Numbered from the stretch's first letter, positions 38,373 through 52,377 are shown. The stretch: 64,000 nucleotides of DNA from Octopus sinensis (GCF_006345805.1 NC_043008.1:73284001-73348000); one strand, 5' to 3'. Numbers and translations: made by a program. Notes: generated from the sequence alone by a model not told the origin.

Positions 38373-38879
38373 ATACCATTCAGGGTTCGAACCAAAAGCC
38401 TCAATTTAAAAAGCTATAGCAATAATATCATAAACTACTAGGTCACTGATGCACATTCTCATGCAGTTTTTTTTTAAACAAATATACATCAAATTTCCCA
38501 TGATATCAAAAATACTAAATTGAAGTGAAGATATATTCTACCATTTTCACTATTACTGTTCTAGCTAGAAATGTTTAGATAAAAATAAATACTTTTTTTT
38601 GGCTTTATGGGATAGAGAATTACCATTTTGCTAGATAACTTGTATTGCTAGGTGGGAAAGGTGAATTTGTGTGCTGAATTCAGTGTAGCAAAGATAAAGA
38701 TGTTAAGAGGTTGGTGATTGGGGGATGGGTGTAGTCATAGATAATATTTTGAGCACTATCTTGCTCTCAAGTCTCTACCATCACACTTGCACACAAACAC
38801 ACACATGCACACACACACACACAGCAACACACACTTATACACACACACACATGTACTTACATGTTTGGTTAATAGGTAT

Positions 38880-39260
38880 AGGTGTGGCTGTGTAGGAAGA
38901 AAATTGCTTCCCAACTATACTATTCCAGGTTCAGTCCCACTGTTTGGTAGTCTCAGGCCAACCAAAAAGCTTCATGGGTGTATTTGATAGATGGAAACTG
39001 AAAGAAGCCTGTCATGTGTGTGTGTGTGTGTGTGTGTGCATGCATGTGTGTCTTCGTGTCTGCCCCTCACCATCAAGTGACAACTGGTGTTAGTGTGTTT
39101 ACATTCCTGTAGCTTAGCAGTTCGGTAAAAAGTGACCGATAGAATAAACACCAGGTGTAACAAAAAATAAGAACTAGGGGTCAATTCATTTGACTAAAAT
39201 TCCTTCAAGGTGGTGCTCCAGCATGGCCTCATTCTAAAGACTGAATCAAGTGAAAGATAA
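38880..39260 (+). mobile_element. tRNA-derived SINE with an internal (TG)n tract
   Basis: GGTGTGGCTGTGTAGG head, GGTTCAGTCCC box, shared GATAGAATAA..CTAGG..GGGGTC tail with 6690-6960. Confidence 0.7.
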
Positions 39261-39266
39261 CAGATA

Positions 39267-40537
39267 CAGGGGTTGGACAAAATAATGGAAACACCTTAAA
39301 ATTTCAAATAATTTTATTTTAATATGGGGTAGGACCGCCTTTGGCAGTAATTCCAGCTTGAATTCTATGAGATAAGGACTCATACAAAGTTGGAATTGTT
39401 TCCAAAGGAATTTTTGTCCATTCTTCAGCTAAACAGTCTCCAGTTCTTGTAGTGATGATGCTGGAGGATATTGACTCCTTACTTGTTTTTCTAAAATGCA
39501 TCATAAATGTTCAATGATATTGAGATCTGGGGACTGTGGTGGCCAGATAAGATGTTCAACATCACTAGAATGTTCTTCGTGCCATTCAATAACAACTTTA
39601 ACTGTGTGAATAGGTGCATTATCATCCTGAAAGATTGTGTTTCCCTCTGGAAAAGTTCCACAACCATAGGAAGAATTGGATCAGATAAAATGCTTAAATA
39701 GTCTTGACTATAAATTCTGTCATGAAGGGAAACCATTGGGGTGGTGGATTTCCAAGATAAACCGCCATTCCTGAATCATCATAGATCTGCCTCCATGTTT
39801 AACAGTTGGAAGAAGGCAGTCTGGGTCAAGTGCTTCTTTTGGCTGTCTCCACACATATACTCAGCTGGTGATTGGAAATAAGGTAAAGGATGACTCATCT
39901 GAGAATATAACATTCTTTCACTGCTCTAGGGACCAATTCTGTAGGTTTTTACTGCACTCTAAATGCTTTGCAATGTTTGTTTTTGAAAGTAGTGGTTTTC
40001 TGATTGCAGTCCTCCCATGAAATCTGGCTTTGTGCAGCTCCTGGCAAACAGTTTTTGTGGAAACTGGGTTCTCGAGGTAATCATTAAACTGTGCAGTAAT
40101 TTTGGGAGCTGTACTTTTGTGATACATTCTAACAATTCACATAAGAATCCAACGTTCCCTATCTGAAAGTTTTAGTTTTCTTCTAGCATTTTGTTTTGAT
40201 GAGGAGGTTTTTCTCTCTTTCTCAAAGGCTGTCATTACTTTCGAGACAGTACTTCCTGATACACCAACCATTTCAGCTGTTTTCATTATGCTAACACCTG
40301 CTATAGGAGCATCAACAATTTGACTTCTTTGAAAGTCTGATAAATCTGTCATTTTAATGAATTTTAATTACCTTTTTTGATGATATCTAAAAAGAAACAG
40401 CAACTTTAGCAAAAAACATTAAGCAACACTAATAATAAATAAAAAATATATTTATAAAAATAAACAAGCTTTTGACAGTTTTATAGATATTTCAAAATTA
40501 TGATGCTAAGTGTTTCCATTAATTTGTCCAACCCCTG
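39267..40537 (-). mobile_element. Full-length decayed Tc1-like transposon
   Basis: TA-CAGGGGTTGGACAAA.TAATGGAAACAC TIRs at both ends; transposase split over ORFs 40352-40137, 40127-39918, 39736-39491 and 39504-39319 (MTDLSDFQRSQIV...AKGGPTPY). Confidence 0.95.
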
Positions 40538-40550
40538 TATATGTGTATAC

Positions 40551-40596
<46 letters not shown>

Positions 40597-40597
<1 letters not shown>

Positions 40598-42980
40598 AAA
40601 GTGAAAGGGATACAGTGAACTTGCCTTGGGGAGTGGAACATGCAACGTTTTGTATGCAGTCCTTTGTCAGTGGGTAGAGAAAAAGAAAAGAAAGTCAAAC
40701 AGAGGTTATATCCTCTCAGCTTGAAAAAGCTGGCTACAACTGATACTGGAGGATTAAAAAGAATTTAGAGGAGGTGAAAGGATAAAAGGTAAAACGTTCA
40801 TTGATACCTGTTGGGGACATAGTGCCAAGATCAAATATGAGACATTGCTCCCTTTGTTTCCTAGAGAAGTGGGGTCTGTAAGCTCTGCCAACAAAAGGAC
40901 ATTGTTATCAAATCGGCCAACAAAGGGGCACCATTGTTGTTTGGTGACCTGACCTTTACAGAAAAGAAGCATTCCGCCAACTCAATGACCCCAGATACTA
41001 CATGATAATATCAAGTGATTCCCACCAACCAATACCAGAGGAATGTTTCAACCACTGTACACCAGCTGATCTCTTCTGGTTTACTGCCACCAACCTCATT
41101 GTCACCATACCCTGAACTTCCACTATCTATTTCATCCCAAAAAATACTTCAACAAGATAATCCTGGCCACCCTACTGTCTCTGCTTGCAATTGTCCCACA
41201 GAACTTTTATCTTCCTACCTTGACAAACTTTACCCCGATGTAGCTACCCTACCTTTGCATATCAAAGAAACTAACCATGCACTACACCTCTTCAATACAT
41301 TCTCTATTCCACCTGGTGAATCCAAACTCCTTTTCACCATGGACATTAAATCTTTGTACACAGTCATCCCTCACAACGACAGTCTACCAGCACTTAAACA
41401 CTTCTTAGACTATCATTCTGTACCTGAACCCAGCACTAATACACTGCTCCGCCTAGCTGAGATCATCAACACTCAATTGTTTTTCCTTCTCTGGTGAATT
41501 CTATAAGCAGGTCAGTTATGTTGCTATGGGTACTAGGATGGGTACCAGGATGGGTGCCAGTTATGTGAAACTCTTTATTAGTTATGTAGAGGAGCAAATC
41601 TTTGTTCACTTCTCTGGACCCATCCCAGGGCTTTATGGTCATTACATTGATGACTGCTTTGGTGCCAAAAGCCTTAACAGACGATTTTATTTCTTTCTTT
41701 AACACCTTTTACCTTTCACCCAGCCTTGGAATTCACCCACACCATATCTGATACTTCTGTTTGTTTTCTTGACATCTCCGTCAAAATACCCAATACCCAC
41801 CTCTCCACCTCTGTCTACTATAAACCTACTGACTTCCACTCCTACCTCTGCTACTCTTCCTCTCACCCAAACACATTAAATCTACCATACTTTTCTCTCA
41901 ATTTCTTTGCCTTTGACGACTTTGCAACATCAATTTGGATTTCGAATCCCATTGCAAAATGATGCAACAGTTTTTACTAAATCTGGGTATCCTCCAGTTT
42001 TCGACCCAGCACTCCACCAAGCCTGAGCCAGCAACCACACCACAGCTCTCCTACCATCTTCATGCACGTCCACCGACCGTACCCTCCCTCTAAAATACAA
42101 ACTCACCCACAACTTTTACATTCTTTTTTCTGACCCAACAACAGCCCCTATCTTTCCCATCTTTTAAAAAATATAGGAGTCTTAGAAATCTTCTTGTTAG
42201 AAGCTTCAAAGCACCCAGCTCAACACAACCTGGAACCTTTAAATGTTCTCACCGACAATATAACACATGCCCCTACATCAACAATATTATCACCATCACA
42301 GGGCCCAAAAAGCAATATCATATAACACACCACTTTTGTTGCAATTTGGTGAATCTCTTATATTGCATCATATGAAAACCCTGTAGTGTTCTTTACATTG
42401 GAGAAACAAGGTGACACCATGGGATCACTTTTGCGAACACATCAGAAGCATAATGCTACATATGCCAGGCCAACCTGTCGCCACCCACTTCAACATTGAG
42501 AATCATTCTATTGCAGATTTATCAGTGTGTGGCATGGTCTTGCACCACAGATCACACTTCTCTAAGAAACGAAAAGGGCAACGTCTCATACTTTATCTTG
42601 GCACTATGTCCCCAACAGGTATGAATGAACGATTTTCCTTCCATCCTTTTACCTCCTCTTAATTCTTTTTTACCATTTTTAATCCTCCTTCCACCCTCTC
42701 TCTGCAACATTCTTGTATTTACTTACCTTTGCTCTCTCCATCGCTCTTTTTCTCCTCCTTTCTGCATGCCCTTTCCTATAACTTCTGTTTCACATTAGCA
42801 GCCTGCGTTATTCTGTGTCCATTACCAGTTGCAGCCAATACTGCAAGCTCAGAGGATGTAAACTCTGACTTTCTTCTCTTTTACTTCTCTTTTTCTCTAT
42901 GCCCTGATGAAGGATTGAATCTGAAACATGGATGCTCTACTCCTCACAGCAAGTTTCCTGTACCCCTTTCACTCTTTTCT
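40597..42980 (+). mobile_element. Penelope-like retroelement (RT plus GIY-YIG endonuclease), decayed, with an inverted 5' copy of its 3' terminal repeat
   Basis: RT motifs FTMDIKSLYTVIPH, AMGTRMG, YIDD, FLDISV, VYYKPTD; Cys linker and LYIGET; PVATHFN, GTMSPTGMNE. 40597-40878 is a diverged reverse complement of 42545-42980. Confidence 0.9.
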
Positions 42981-43016
42981 ATATTTTTTCAAGTCTTGCC
43001 GATGCAGAGCTACTAG

Positions 43017-43102
<86 letters not shown>

Positions 43103-43346
43103 TGTATGTATGTATGTATGTATCTCTCTCTCTCTCTCTCTCCAGTATATATATATGTATATATATTTCTATGATAATAGAGGGCATTTTCTATGGTGGC
43201 ATAGGTAAAGCAGGTTGTAACAATCTGACTCAGTTTTTATTCAGAGACATTGATCTTAGAAACGATTCTGTGGACAACATCTCACTTATACATTAAAGTT
43301 TGTGTGGTTGGACACCCTTTCTAGCATTACAAAGTGTGTGTCATAA

Positions 43347-43666
43347 ATGCATAAATAACTCAATGTACTTGGTGTGTTTTATCATGACACCAGCAATAGT
43401 GAAGCTCCTCTTAACCTGCAAGGCAATATAGTTCCTCTTCATTGTAGCCTGTTACTATTCAGGGTATAATGCAAGCAATAGAGAGGATGGGGAAGAAAGG
43501 GAACTATGCAGGGAGAGGAGAAAGACGTGAGAGTAGTGTGGAGAGGCAGGGTGATAAGAATGATAGTGTGGAATGAGGGGAAATGAGAAAGAGTTCGGGG
43601 GGGGGAAGAATGGTGAAGATGGGAGAATGATAGCAGAGTGTCATGACAGAGATAGTAATTTTAGAG

Positions 43667-43744
<78 letters not shown>

Positions 43745-43919
43745 TAGGGTACATAGTGGATATTTGTAGACTGGCCACCAGGAAGAGAATGATTGACACT
43801 GTATGAATTATAAGGGGCAAATGGAAAAGTGACTTAAGAATAGTACTTTCATTATAATTCATACAGTGTCAATCATTCTCTTCCGGGTGGCCAGTCTACA
43901 ATATCCACTATGTACCCTA

Positions 43920-44004
<85 letters not shown>

Positions 44005-44330
44005 CATACTCCAAAATTACTGTCTCTGTCATGACACTCTGCTATCATTCTCCCATCTTCACCATTCTTCCCCCCCCCCGAAACTCTTTCTCATTTCCCC
44101 TCATTCCACACTATCATTCTTATCACTCTGCCTCTCCACACTACTCTCACGTCTTTCTCCTCTCCCTGCATAGTTCCCTTTCTTCCCCATCCTCTCTATT
44201 GCTTGCATTATACCCTGAATAGTAACGGGCTACAATGAAGAAAAACTATATTGCCTTGCAGATTAAGAGGAGCTTCACTATTGCTGGTGTCATGATAAAA
44301 CACACCAAGTACATTGAGTTATTTATGCAT
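43347..44330. repeat. Large inverted repeat: ~470-bp arms (43347-43813, 43852-44330) with a 38-bp spacer
   Basis: Arms are reverse complements with few substitutions; embedded (TA)n and (GA)n tracts differ in length between arms. Confidence 0.97.
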
Positions 44331-44359
44331 CATACATATATATATATATACATCATACA

Positions 44360-44392
<33 letters not shown>

Positions 44393-44634
44393 GCATAAAT
44401 ACATACATAAATGTATGCTCACAGATACCAAGATATGTATATATCAAATAATGCACTTTAAAATAGATGATGTTCCCTAAGGAAGGAATTCAAAAGCAAC
44501 TTGACTAGTTTCACTTCATTTTCAATTTTTAAGGATTTAAAAAAAATCTCTTCTGGGTATTAATGAGAGCAAGAGGGATAGAGAGAGGAGAGAAATAGAG
44601 GAGAGAATGTAGCTTGCATCTATTTATTAATAAT

Positions 44635-45312
44635 CCTTTCTACTATAGGCACAAGGCCTGAAATTTTGGGGAGAGGGATAGTCAATTTCATTGACCCTAA
44701 TGTTTCACTGGTACTTAATTTGTTGACCCTGAAAGGATGAAAAGCAAAGTCGACCTCAGCAGAATCTGAACTTAGAACGTTGCAGCAGATAAAATACCAC
44801 TAAGTATTTTGCCCAGTGTGCTAACGATTCTACCACCTCACTGCCTTCATCTATTTATCAATAATGATTTCAAATTTTTGCCTCAAGGGCAGCTTGGAGG
44901 ATGGGATTAAGTTAATTACATCGATGCCAATGTTACACTGGTACTTATTTTATCAACCCTGAAAGGATGAAAGGCAAAGTCAACCTTGGCAGAATCTAAC
45001 TCAGAATATGGCGATGGGTGGAAAACTGCTAAGCATTTCATCCATCGTGCTAACGATTCTGCCAGCTCACCACCTTTGTCTATTTATTAATAATTATTTC
45101 TTTATTGCCCACAGGGGGCAAAAATAGAGGGGACAAATAAGGACAGGCAAAGGGATAAAGTCGATTACATTGACCCCAGTGCATAACTGGTACTTACTTA
45201 GTCGACCCCCAAAATGATGAAAGGCAAAGTTGACCTCGACAGAATTTGAACTCAGATGATATACCACTAAGCGTTTCGTCTAGCGGACTAATGATTCTGA
45301 CAGTTTGCCCCT
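44635..45312 (-). mobile_element. Three consecutive SINEs of the GGCAGAATCGTTAGC family with three different tails
   Basis: Each contains AAAGGATGAAAGGCAAAGTCGACC-like core and CTAACGATTCTGCC head; they are separated by copies of TCTATTTATTAATAAT. Confidence 0.9.
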
Positions 45313-45357
45313 TTTATTTATTAAAAATGCCATCATCATCAGTCATAGCATTTGCTC

Positions 45358-45404
45358 ATATGAATATCATGTGAATATCATGTGAATATCATGTGAATAT
45401 CATG
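45358..45404. repeat. 12-bp tandem repeat (TGAATATCATG.) x4
   Basis: Directly visible. Confidence 0.9.
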
Positions 45405-45990
45405 GTGATGTGTATTCATTAACTGAAGTGTGAAGTCAATATGTTTCTGAACATATTGTATATGGATTTACTGTCATTTAAGTAACAGACTATTTTCAAA
45501 TTAGGTACCTTTATTTTTAACCAGTGGGTAACATTACAACTTATCACAAACTAATGTTTTATATATCACAGCTAGTTACACCAGGTTTCAGTTCGCTTGC
45601 TTTGTGAACATCCTCAAGTACCTTTTAGATACTTGAGGATGTTCACAAAGCTTGTATATGCAAGTACCAAACTAGATTTAAAATGCAAAGTTTACTTTGC
45701 AATTAAGATTAATTAATAATTAAGAATGTGTAGAGTTATTAAGGTCAGTCATGTTGTGATGCAGTATGTTGTAGAAGAAATATATTTCCCATGAGATAAT
45801 AAAAAGAATAAAACAATCTTATATGATACTGATGTTATATTCCACTATTTTCTTTATTAATGTTCTATCTAAAGTTTGGAGAAATGTTTAGATAAAAAAG
45901 AGAATTACTGCTATTGCTAGATAAACATTTTTGCTGTATAAGGTGTATGAGTTATATGTGCGAATACACACACACATACGAGTTATATGC

Positions 45991-46021
<31 letters not shown>

Positions 46022-46334
46022 TATAAATATATATATGTATATGTTTGAGTATGTATATGTATACATACACATACACACATTTATCTCTAATTATATAAAC
46101 ACTCCTCTCTATCCTTATATGTATGTATGTGTATGTCTGTGTGTGTGTGCGCGCACATGCATGTATGTATGTGTGTGTGTATATATATATATGCCTTTTT
46201 GATAAAAGTTATTATTTTTGGCAAAGGAAATAAAAACATTTAACATTATTTATACAGTTTTTATGTTTTGATTTAAAAGCAAGGGCAGTTTCAATGACAT
46301 TTGTATGTTATCCAAAACATGTGACATCAACATG

Positions 46335-46950
46335 ATTAATATTTAAGTTGATTAGTTGTCATTTGCTTGTTGAATGGTAGAAACATGGATAGGAGAAGAA
46401 TACCAAAGGAATGCATTTTCTGGAAAAAAAAATGGATAATGTGGCTTGTATAGACTGGTTGCATAGAAGATACAATTTGTTTGATATGAGAAGAGATGGT
46501 GAGTTGGGTGTTGCTGACTGGAGATAGCATGAAACCAGTCGCATTCAAAAGGCATAGCCCATTGTAATAATTGTAGGAAAGGAGACCTGAGATTGGAATG
46601 TGATGGGGAAAAACTTTATTGATGGCTCTTTTTGTATCAAACCTGAGGACGGTTGTGTATAGCAGCTGCGCCACTACAGATGTAAGAGAAGTACATCACT
46701 GAGGGTCTTATTCAGGCTTTGTTCAGTGTTTGTAGTTTAGGGATATGAAATATTTTCTGGTCCAAGTGAAGAAAATCATTCTTTGTGATGGAGAGATTTC
46801 CAGTTATAGTTAGGCCTACCATTTGTAGTGATCTCAAGGTTTATTTGGATTACTTTCCTGTTTAGGGGGTGCAGTATGATATTCCTTTTGAGAAATGTAT
46901 TTGGATAGTCAAAGGAGACAATGCTTCCAAGGTCTCTGTTGATGAAGTCA
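46335..46950 (-). mobile_element. Old CR1/L2-like LINE 3' fragment
   Basis: Minus-strand remnants IRP..Y.SYI.SGA, YNYYNGLC and FFPENAFLW resemble the CR1-group ORF2 C-terminus. Confidence 0.55.
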
Positions 46951-47371
46951 CATCATATTTGATATGGTCTGAGAATTGATATAGTTTACACCAGTACACA
47001 TCGTGGTGATGTGGTCTGACTAAAGATCAGCAATCCAAGAGATCAGAGATTTATGGAACCCATAGGCAGATAACTGAAAGTTTTAACTTTCAAGTGCTGA
47101 GCTGATATCAAGTGCAACAGCACAATTTTCAGAAAATTCATTGATGGTGATCAACTACCTCTTTCTTCAGTTCTTTTTTAACTCATCAAGGACAATGACT
47201 TTGGAGCAGGGTGAAATTAGAGTACTTGATCAATCTTCATGATCATCATTATCATCATCACCACTGCTGCCACCATCATCATCATCATATACCAACACTA
47301 TCTTCATCATCACTAACATCCACACCAACATCATTCTGGTTCCTGTATTAACACAATATATAGAGGTAAGC

Positions 47372-47390
47372 AATATATATATAATATTAT

Positions 47391-47435
<45 letters not shown>

Positions 47436-47467
47436 CACACACACGCACACACATATATATGTATACA

Positions 47468-47503
<36 letters not shown>

Positions 47504-47526
47504 TATACATATATATATATATACAC

Positions 47527-47611
<85 letters not shown>

Positions 47612-47652
47612 CATATATATATACATATATATACATATATATACATATATAC

Positions 47653-47701
<49 letters not shown>

Positions 47702-47863
47702 ATACATATATATATATATATATACATATATACATATATATATATATACATATATATAACATATATATATATATATATACATATATATAATATATACATA
47801 TATATAATATACATATATATATATATATATACATATAATATATATATAATATATATATATATA
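47372..47863. repeat. ~490-bp (TA)n/(TACA)n compound microsatellite
   Basis: Directly visible; a (TA)n tract resumes after the LINE at 48885-48995. Confidence 0.97.
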
Positions 47864-48883
47864 GCCACGATCACAAGTTATGCAGATGATACAAAAGTTT
47901 CACAGGCAATACAGAACCCTGAAGACACTAGGCACCTGCAATATGAGCTGGACGAAATATACAAGTGGGCTGAAAAGAATAGCATGCAGTTCAATGCTGA
48001 AAAGTTTCAAGCTTTATACTATCAGCATGCAAAACTGAATGCAATACCCAAGGAATACACTGGACCCGGAGGGATTGCAATCCCAGAGGCACAATCAGTG
48101 CGTGACCTGGGTATTCACATGAGTGATGACACGACCTTTCATGTACATGTTGCTAAACTGACAGTGAAATGCAGACGGCTGGCTGGATGGATTCTTAGAA
48201 CCTTTAGAACAAGAGAACAAGAAACCATGATGGTCCTCTGGAAGACACTTGTCCTAAGTCACTTTGACTATTGCTCTCAGCTATGGTCACCATCCAGTGT
48301 CAAGTTGATCACAGAACTTGAGGCGATCCAACGAAGCTACACGAAGAAGATAGCCTCTATGCAGAATGTAAGCTACTGGGAAAGACTCAAGAGATTAAAA
48401 TTATATTCCCTGGAGCGTAGGCAGGAAAGATATGCCATAATATACATCTGGAAGATCCTGGAGGGAAGTGTCCTGAACTTTGGCATCGAGAGTTACGCAA
48501 ACGCCAGAACTGGGCGCCACTGCGTGGTGCCTAGGACTCCAAACTTGCCATCAAGATGTAGGACAAGATTCTGTGATAGCCTGGGCTTCCGAGGCCCACA
48601 GCTCTTCAATATCCTCCCGATGAACCTGAGAGACCTGCATGGGGTGGATACAGATGTCTTTAAAATGGAGCTGGATCTCTTCCTGTCAGGTGTCCCGGAT
48701 GAACCAACTTCACGGCAGGAGGGGCAGATGAGGGCAGCTGCATCGAACTCTCTCATGCACCAAATAGCAGTCGCTAGAAAGCCTCCATGAAGTGAAACCA
48801 AGTAGCAACACCAAATGGCGGTGCCCCAGCATGGCCACAGCTCATGAGCTGAAACTGGAATCAATCAATCAATCAATCAATCA
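47864..48883 (+). mobile_element. 5'-truncated young CR1-clade LINE (RT C-terminus, open to stop at 48790) with a (TCAA)n tail
   Basis: [20 protein letters not shown] and [16 protein letters not shown] motifs; no internal stops over ~308 codons. Confidence 0.93.
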
Positions 48884-48907
48884 TCATATATATATTATAT
48901 ATTATAT

Positions 48908-48956
<49 letters not shown>

Positions 48957-48959
48957 TAT

Positions 48960-48997
<38 letters not shown>

Positions 48998-49396
48998 GTT
49001 TGTCTATTATATTTCAAAACTTTAATTTCAAGAAATAATTCAATATTCAAAAACAGAAAGAGAAAAAACATAAAACAACTACAACAAAAAATATCTAACA
49101 AGACAGCAAAACTATAGAGGTAAGAACAAAAAGTAGATTTACTTAAATTCTTTTCAAACTAATTTCACATCTAATGTGGAATATGGTTATAGATTGTTTA
49201 GTCTTTGAAGAAACAAAGCAATACAGAAACAACAAAATATATAAAAATCAATGTAAAAACAATAAGATATACAATCACACAAAAAGTGTATTGTTCTTGT
49301 CTTATCATGCTGCATATAGCTCTCAGTATTGTATCTTGTAAAAATGTACTCTTGTTCACATACACATACATACATATACATATAAATATATATATA

Positions 49397-49460
<64 letters not shown>

Positions 49461-49874
49461 CAGAGAGATAAAATACTTTTTTTTTCTTACATATCTTAAT
49501 AACGATTTCTAATATTATGTGTAATAATGAAAATTCTTGGTGCGATGAATTTACCTATATATATATATATATATATCTATATATATCAATGCCTATTTCT
49601 GTCCATTAGGCTACATATTCTTTATAAATGCATTAGATCTATCTAGCGTCCTCCAAGAAATAATTCCAATGTAAATGAATGCATTGAACTTCACAATTAG
49701 AATAATTCCAATAGTTTTAGATCTACCAAATTCTCTGGTCCTTATTTCCAACAGGGCAAAAGTTTCTATGTTTCTATGATTATCCATAATTTTCTCTTTT
49801 AATGCATACATACACACATTGCTGTAATACATATTTTAAACAGATGTACATACATAGTTCTATATATGTATATG

Positions 49875-49934
<60 letters not shown>

Positions 49935-52340
49935 TTGGAAACTTAAACACAGACATGTACATATTTTATTCTATTTCCTTTATCACTACTCATTATTTTA
50001 TTACTCTTCCTTTATGAAGCATACATACATATATTCATATATATACAAACACACACTCATACACTCATATATTCATGCAAATATACACACATATATATAC
50101 ATTCATATGGGTGTGTGTGTACAAATACATATATGTATATATACCTGTGTGTGTGTCGATATATATATGTATGTATAATCACACATACTTATACACAAAC
50201 ATAGTTATTTCTGTATTTTCATGCATGCACTCTCTAACATACATATATGATACACATATTTGCATTAAAAACATATATATTCCACTTCTATCTCCATTCT
50301 TATCTATTATTCAATCAGGGCTTCACAAAAATTATTTCCATATACTTCTCTTTCGCTGCCACTCTCTTGCATTCCCATGCACAAGCACATGCACATATTC
50401 TCCTACAAGAAGAAACAAATGTGTATATATATATATATACATATGTGCGTGCGTGTATGTATAATATATATATATATATATATATAAACACACACACATA
50501 CACAGAATTCTCACTATTGTCTTCATACACCTCTCCTCTCCACATATCCTTTATAATTTGTTGAAAATAATTTACTCAATTCCCAGATCAAACTCCATAT
50601 AAGGAATCTATGTTATTTCCATTTTCTTCATATCGCCTTTAGACTGACATAAAATTTTTCGTTGACAGCAACTGATGGTGGTGTGGCAGAATGTCTTCGA
50701 AAAACTTTCAGTAAATATAGTATTTAGATTGGTAAATTGCAACTACCAGTCACTCCATACATTTTATATCCATTATGCTTACCTACAATTTAACCATTCT
50801 CTCTGTGCCCACCACTGAAATATGAAAGAATTTTTGAAAACTAAGATTTTCTCTGAATAAACAAAATATACTTACTTACCAATGTAGAATAATCTTTAAT
50901 CACTGATTAGTGAGATGTTGTTGTTGTTGTTGTTGTTGGAGATGTTGTGGTTGTTATTGTCATTGGCAATAATATATTGGTGATGTAGATGCTGGTTATA
51001 TTATTGTGTGTCTTTCATAAGTGACTTGTATATATGTCTGTATAGATAAATATATATACACACAAATATATATGCAAACACACAAACACATATATACTTA
51101 AATATTTGTATACATACACACATTTACATATATACACATACATACACTTATGCTATTTACCTGAGTGTAAACAATAAGGTATGTTTATGCATGTGTATAA
51201 GGATACGTACCTATATATATATATATGTGCTTGATTGTATATGTGTAGGAATACCTGTACTCACATACAAACTCATGCTATGCACATGTTTATACATATC
51301 TTTTGGAAGCATTTATAAAATCCCTTCCTACATACATTCTTTTTCCCTTACTCTTCTTCTTGTATACTTACATGTATGCACATGTGGATATGTTCACACA
51401 CATGGCATTTCTAAGAACATATTTTAATATTGGGAAAGGTTTATAATACATTACATAAATATTCATCATAATGACAATAGTGAGAATGAAGATGATGATG
51501 ATGATGTTAATGATGATGATAATGAAGAAGAAAAGGTAATGAAGACCATCATACTATTTATGAAGTTGTTAGTTATGATAATGCAGATGATGCTGAGGAG
51601 ATGTTAATGATGACTGCAATGAAGAAAAAGCTGATAATCTTATGCTTGATGGCGATAATGATGATATGTTATTGTAATAATACATTTAAATTTTAAAAAT
51701 AAACATACCCTAAAAACAATGAATTTTTTAAAAAAATAGTTTTGAGTAGTCTGAACTACTAATCAATAACAACAACAACAATAGTTGTAACTGTAATAAA
51801 CAAATCAATAATATTTGTTTTTTAAAAAACTCAGACAATTGAAATAACTCATAACAACAACAGCACCAACAACCACATCAACAACAGCACAACAACCACA
51901 GTATCAAGAACAATAATAGTAATAATCTAGAGAATATGAAATGCTTACTACTGATAAATATATTTTTGTTTTATTATTATTGTAAGGCTTAGCAAAATGT
52001 TTACATCTGAAACTACATTTCATATATTTTAAAATCTTAATAATATGTTTCAGTACACAGTCACACACAGATACAAATATGTATGTATGGGAGTGTATAT
52101 GTATATGTGCATGTGTGTGTGTGTATACGTACTAACCTTTCATTTCATGTACTTATACTTGCGTAAACAAACAAATTATATAACAATATATTTTTGCTTA
52201 TGCACATCCTTCAGCTTTCTACATGCATGTCTGTTCCTGAGTGTTTGTATGAAAATATGCAGATACATTCATGTTGGTATATGTATTTGTGTGTGTATAT
52301 ATACATACACACACACCTGCATACATGTAGATAGATAGAT

Positions 52341-52375
<35 letters not shown>

Positions 52376-52377
52376 TG

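Noticed and set aside
47331-47874. Long Tyr/Ile-rich ORFs, and the first ~135 aa of ORF 47459-48790
   Set aside because: They are translations of (TA)n, which lacks stops; the same applies to the many YIYI/CVCV/THTH ORFs across the window.
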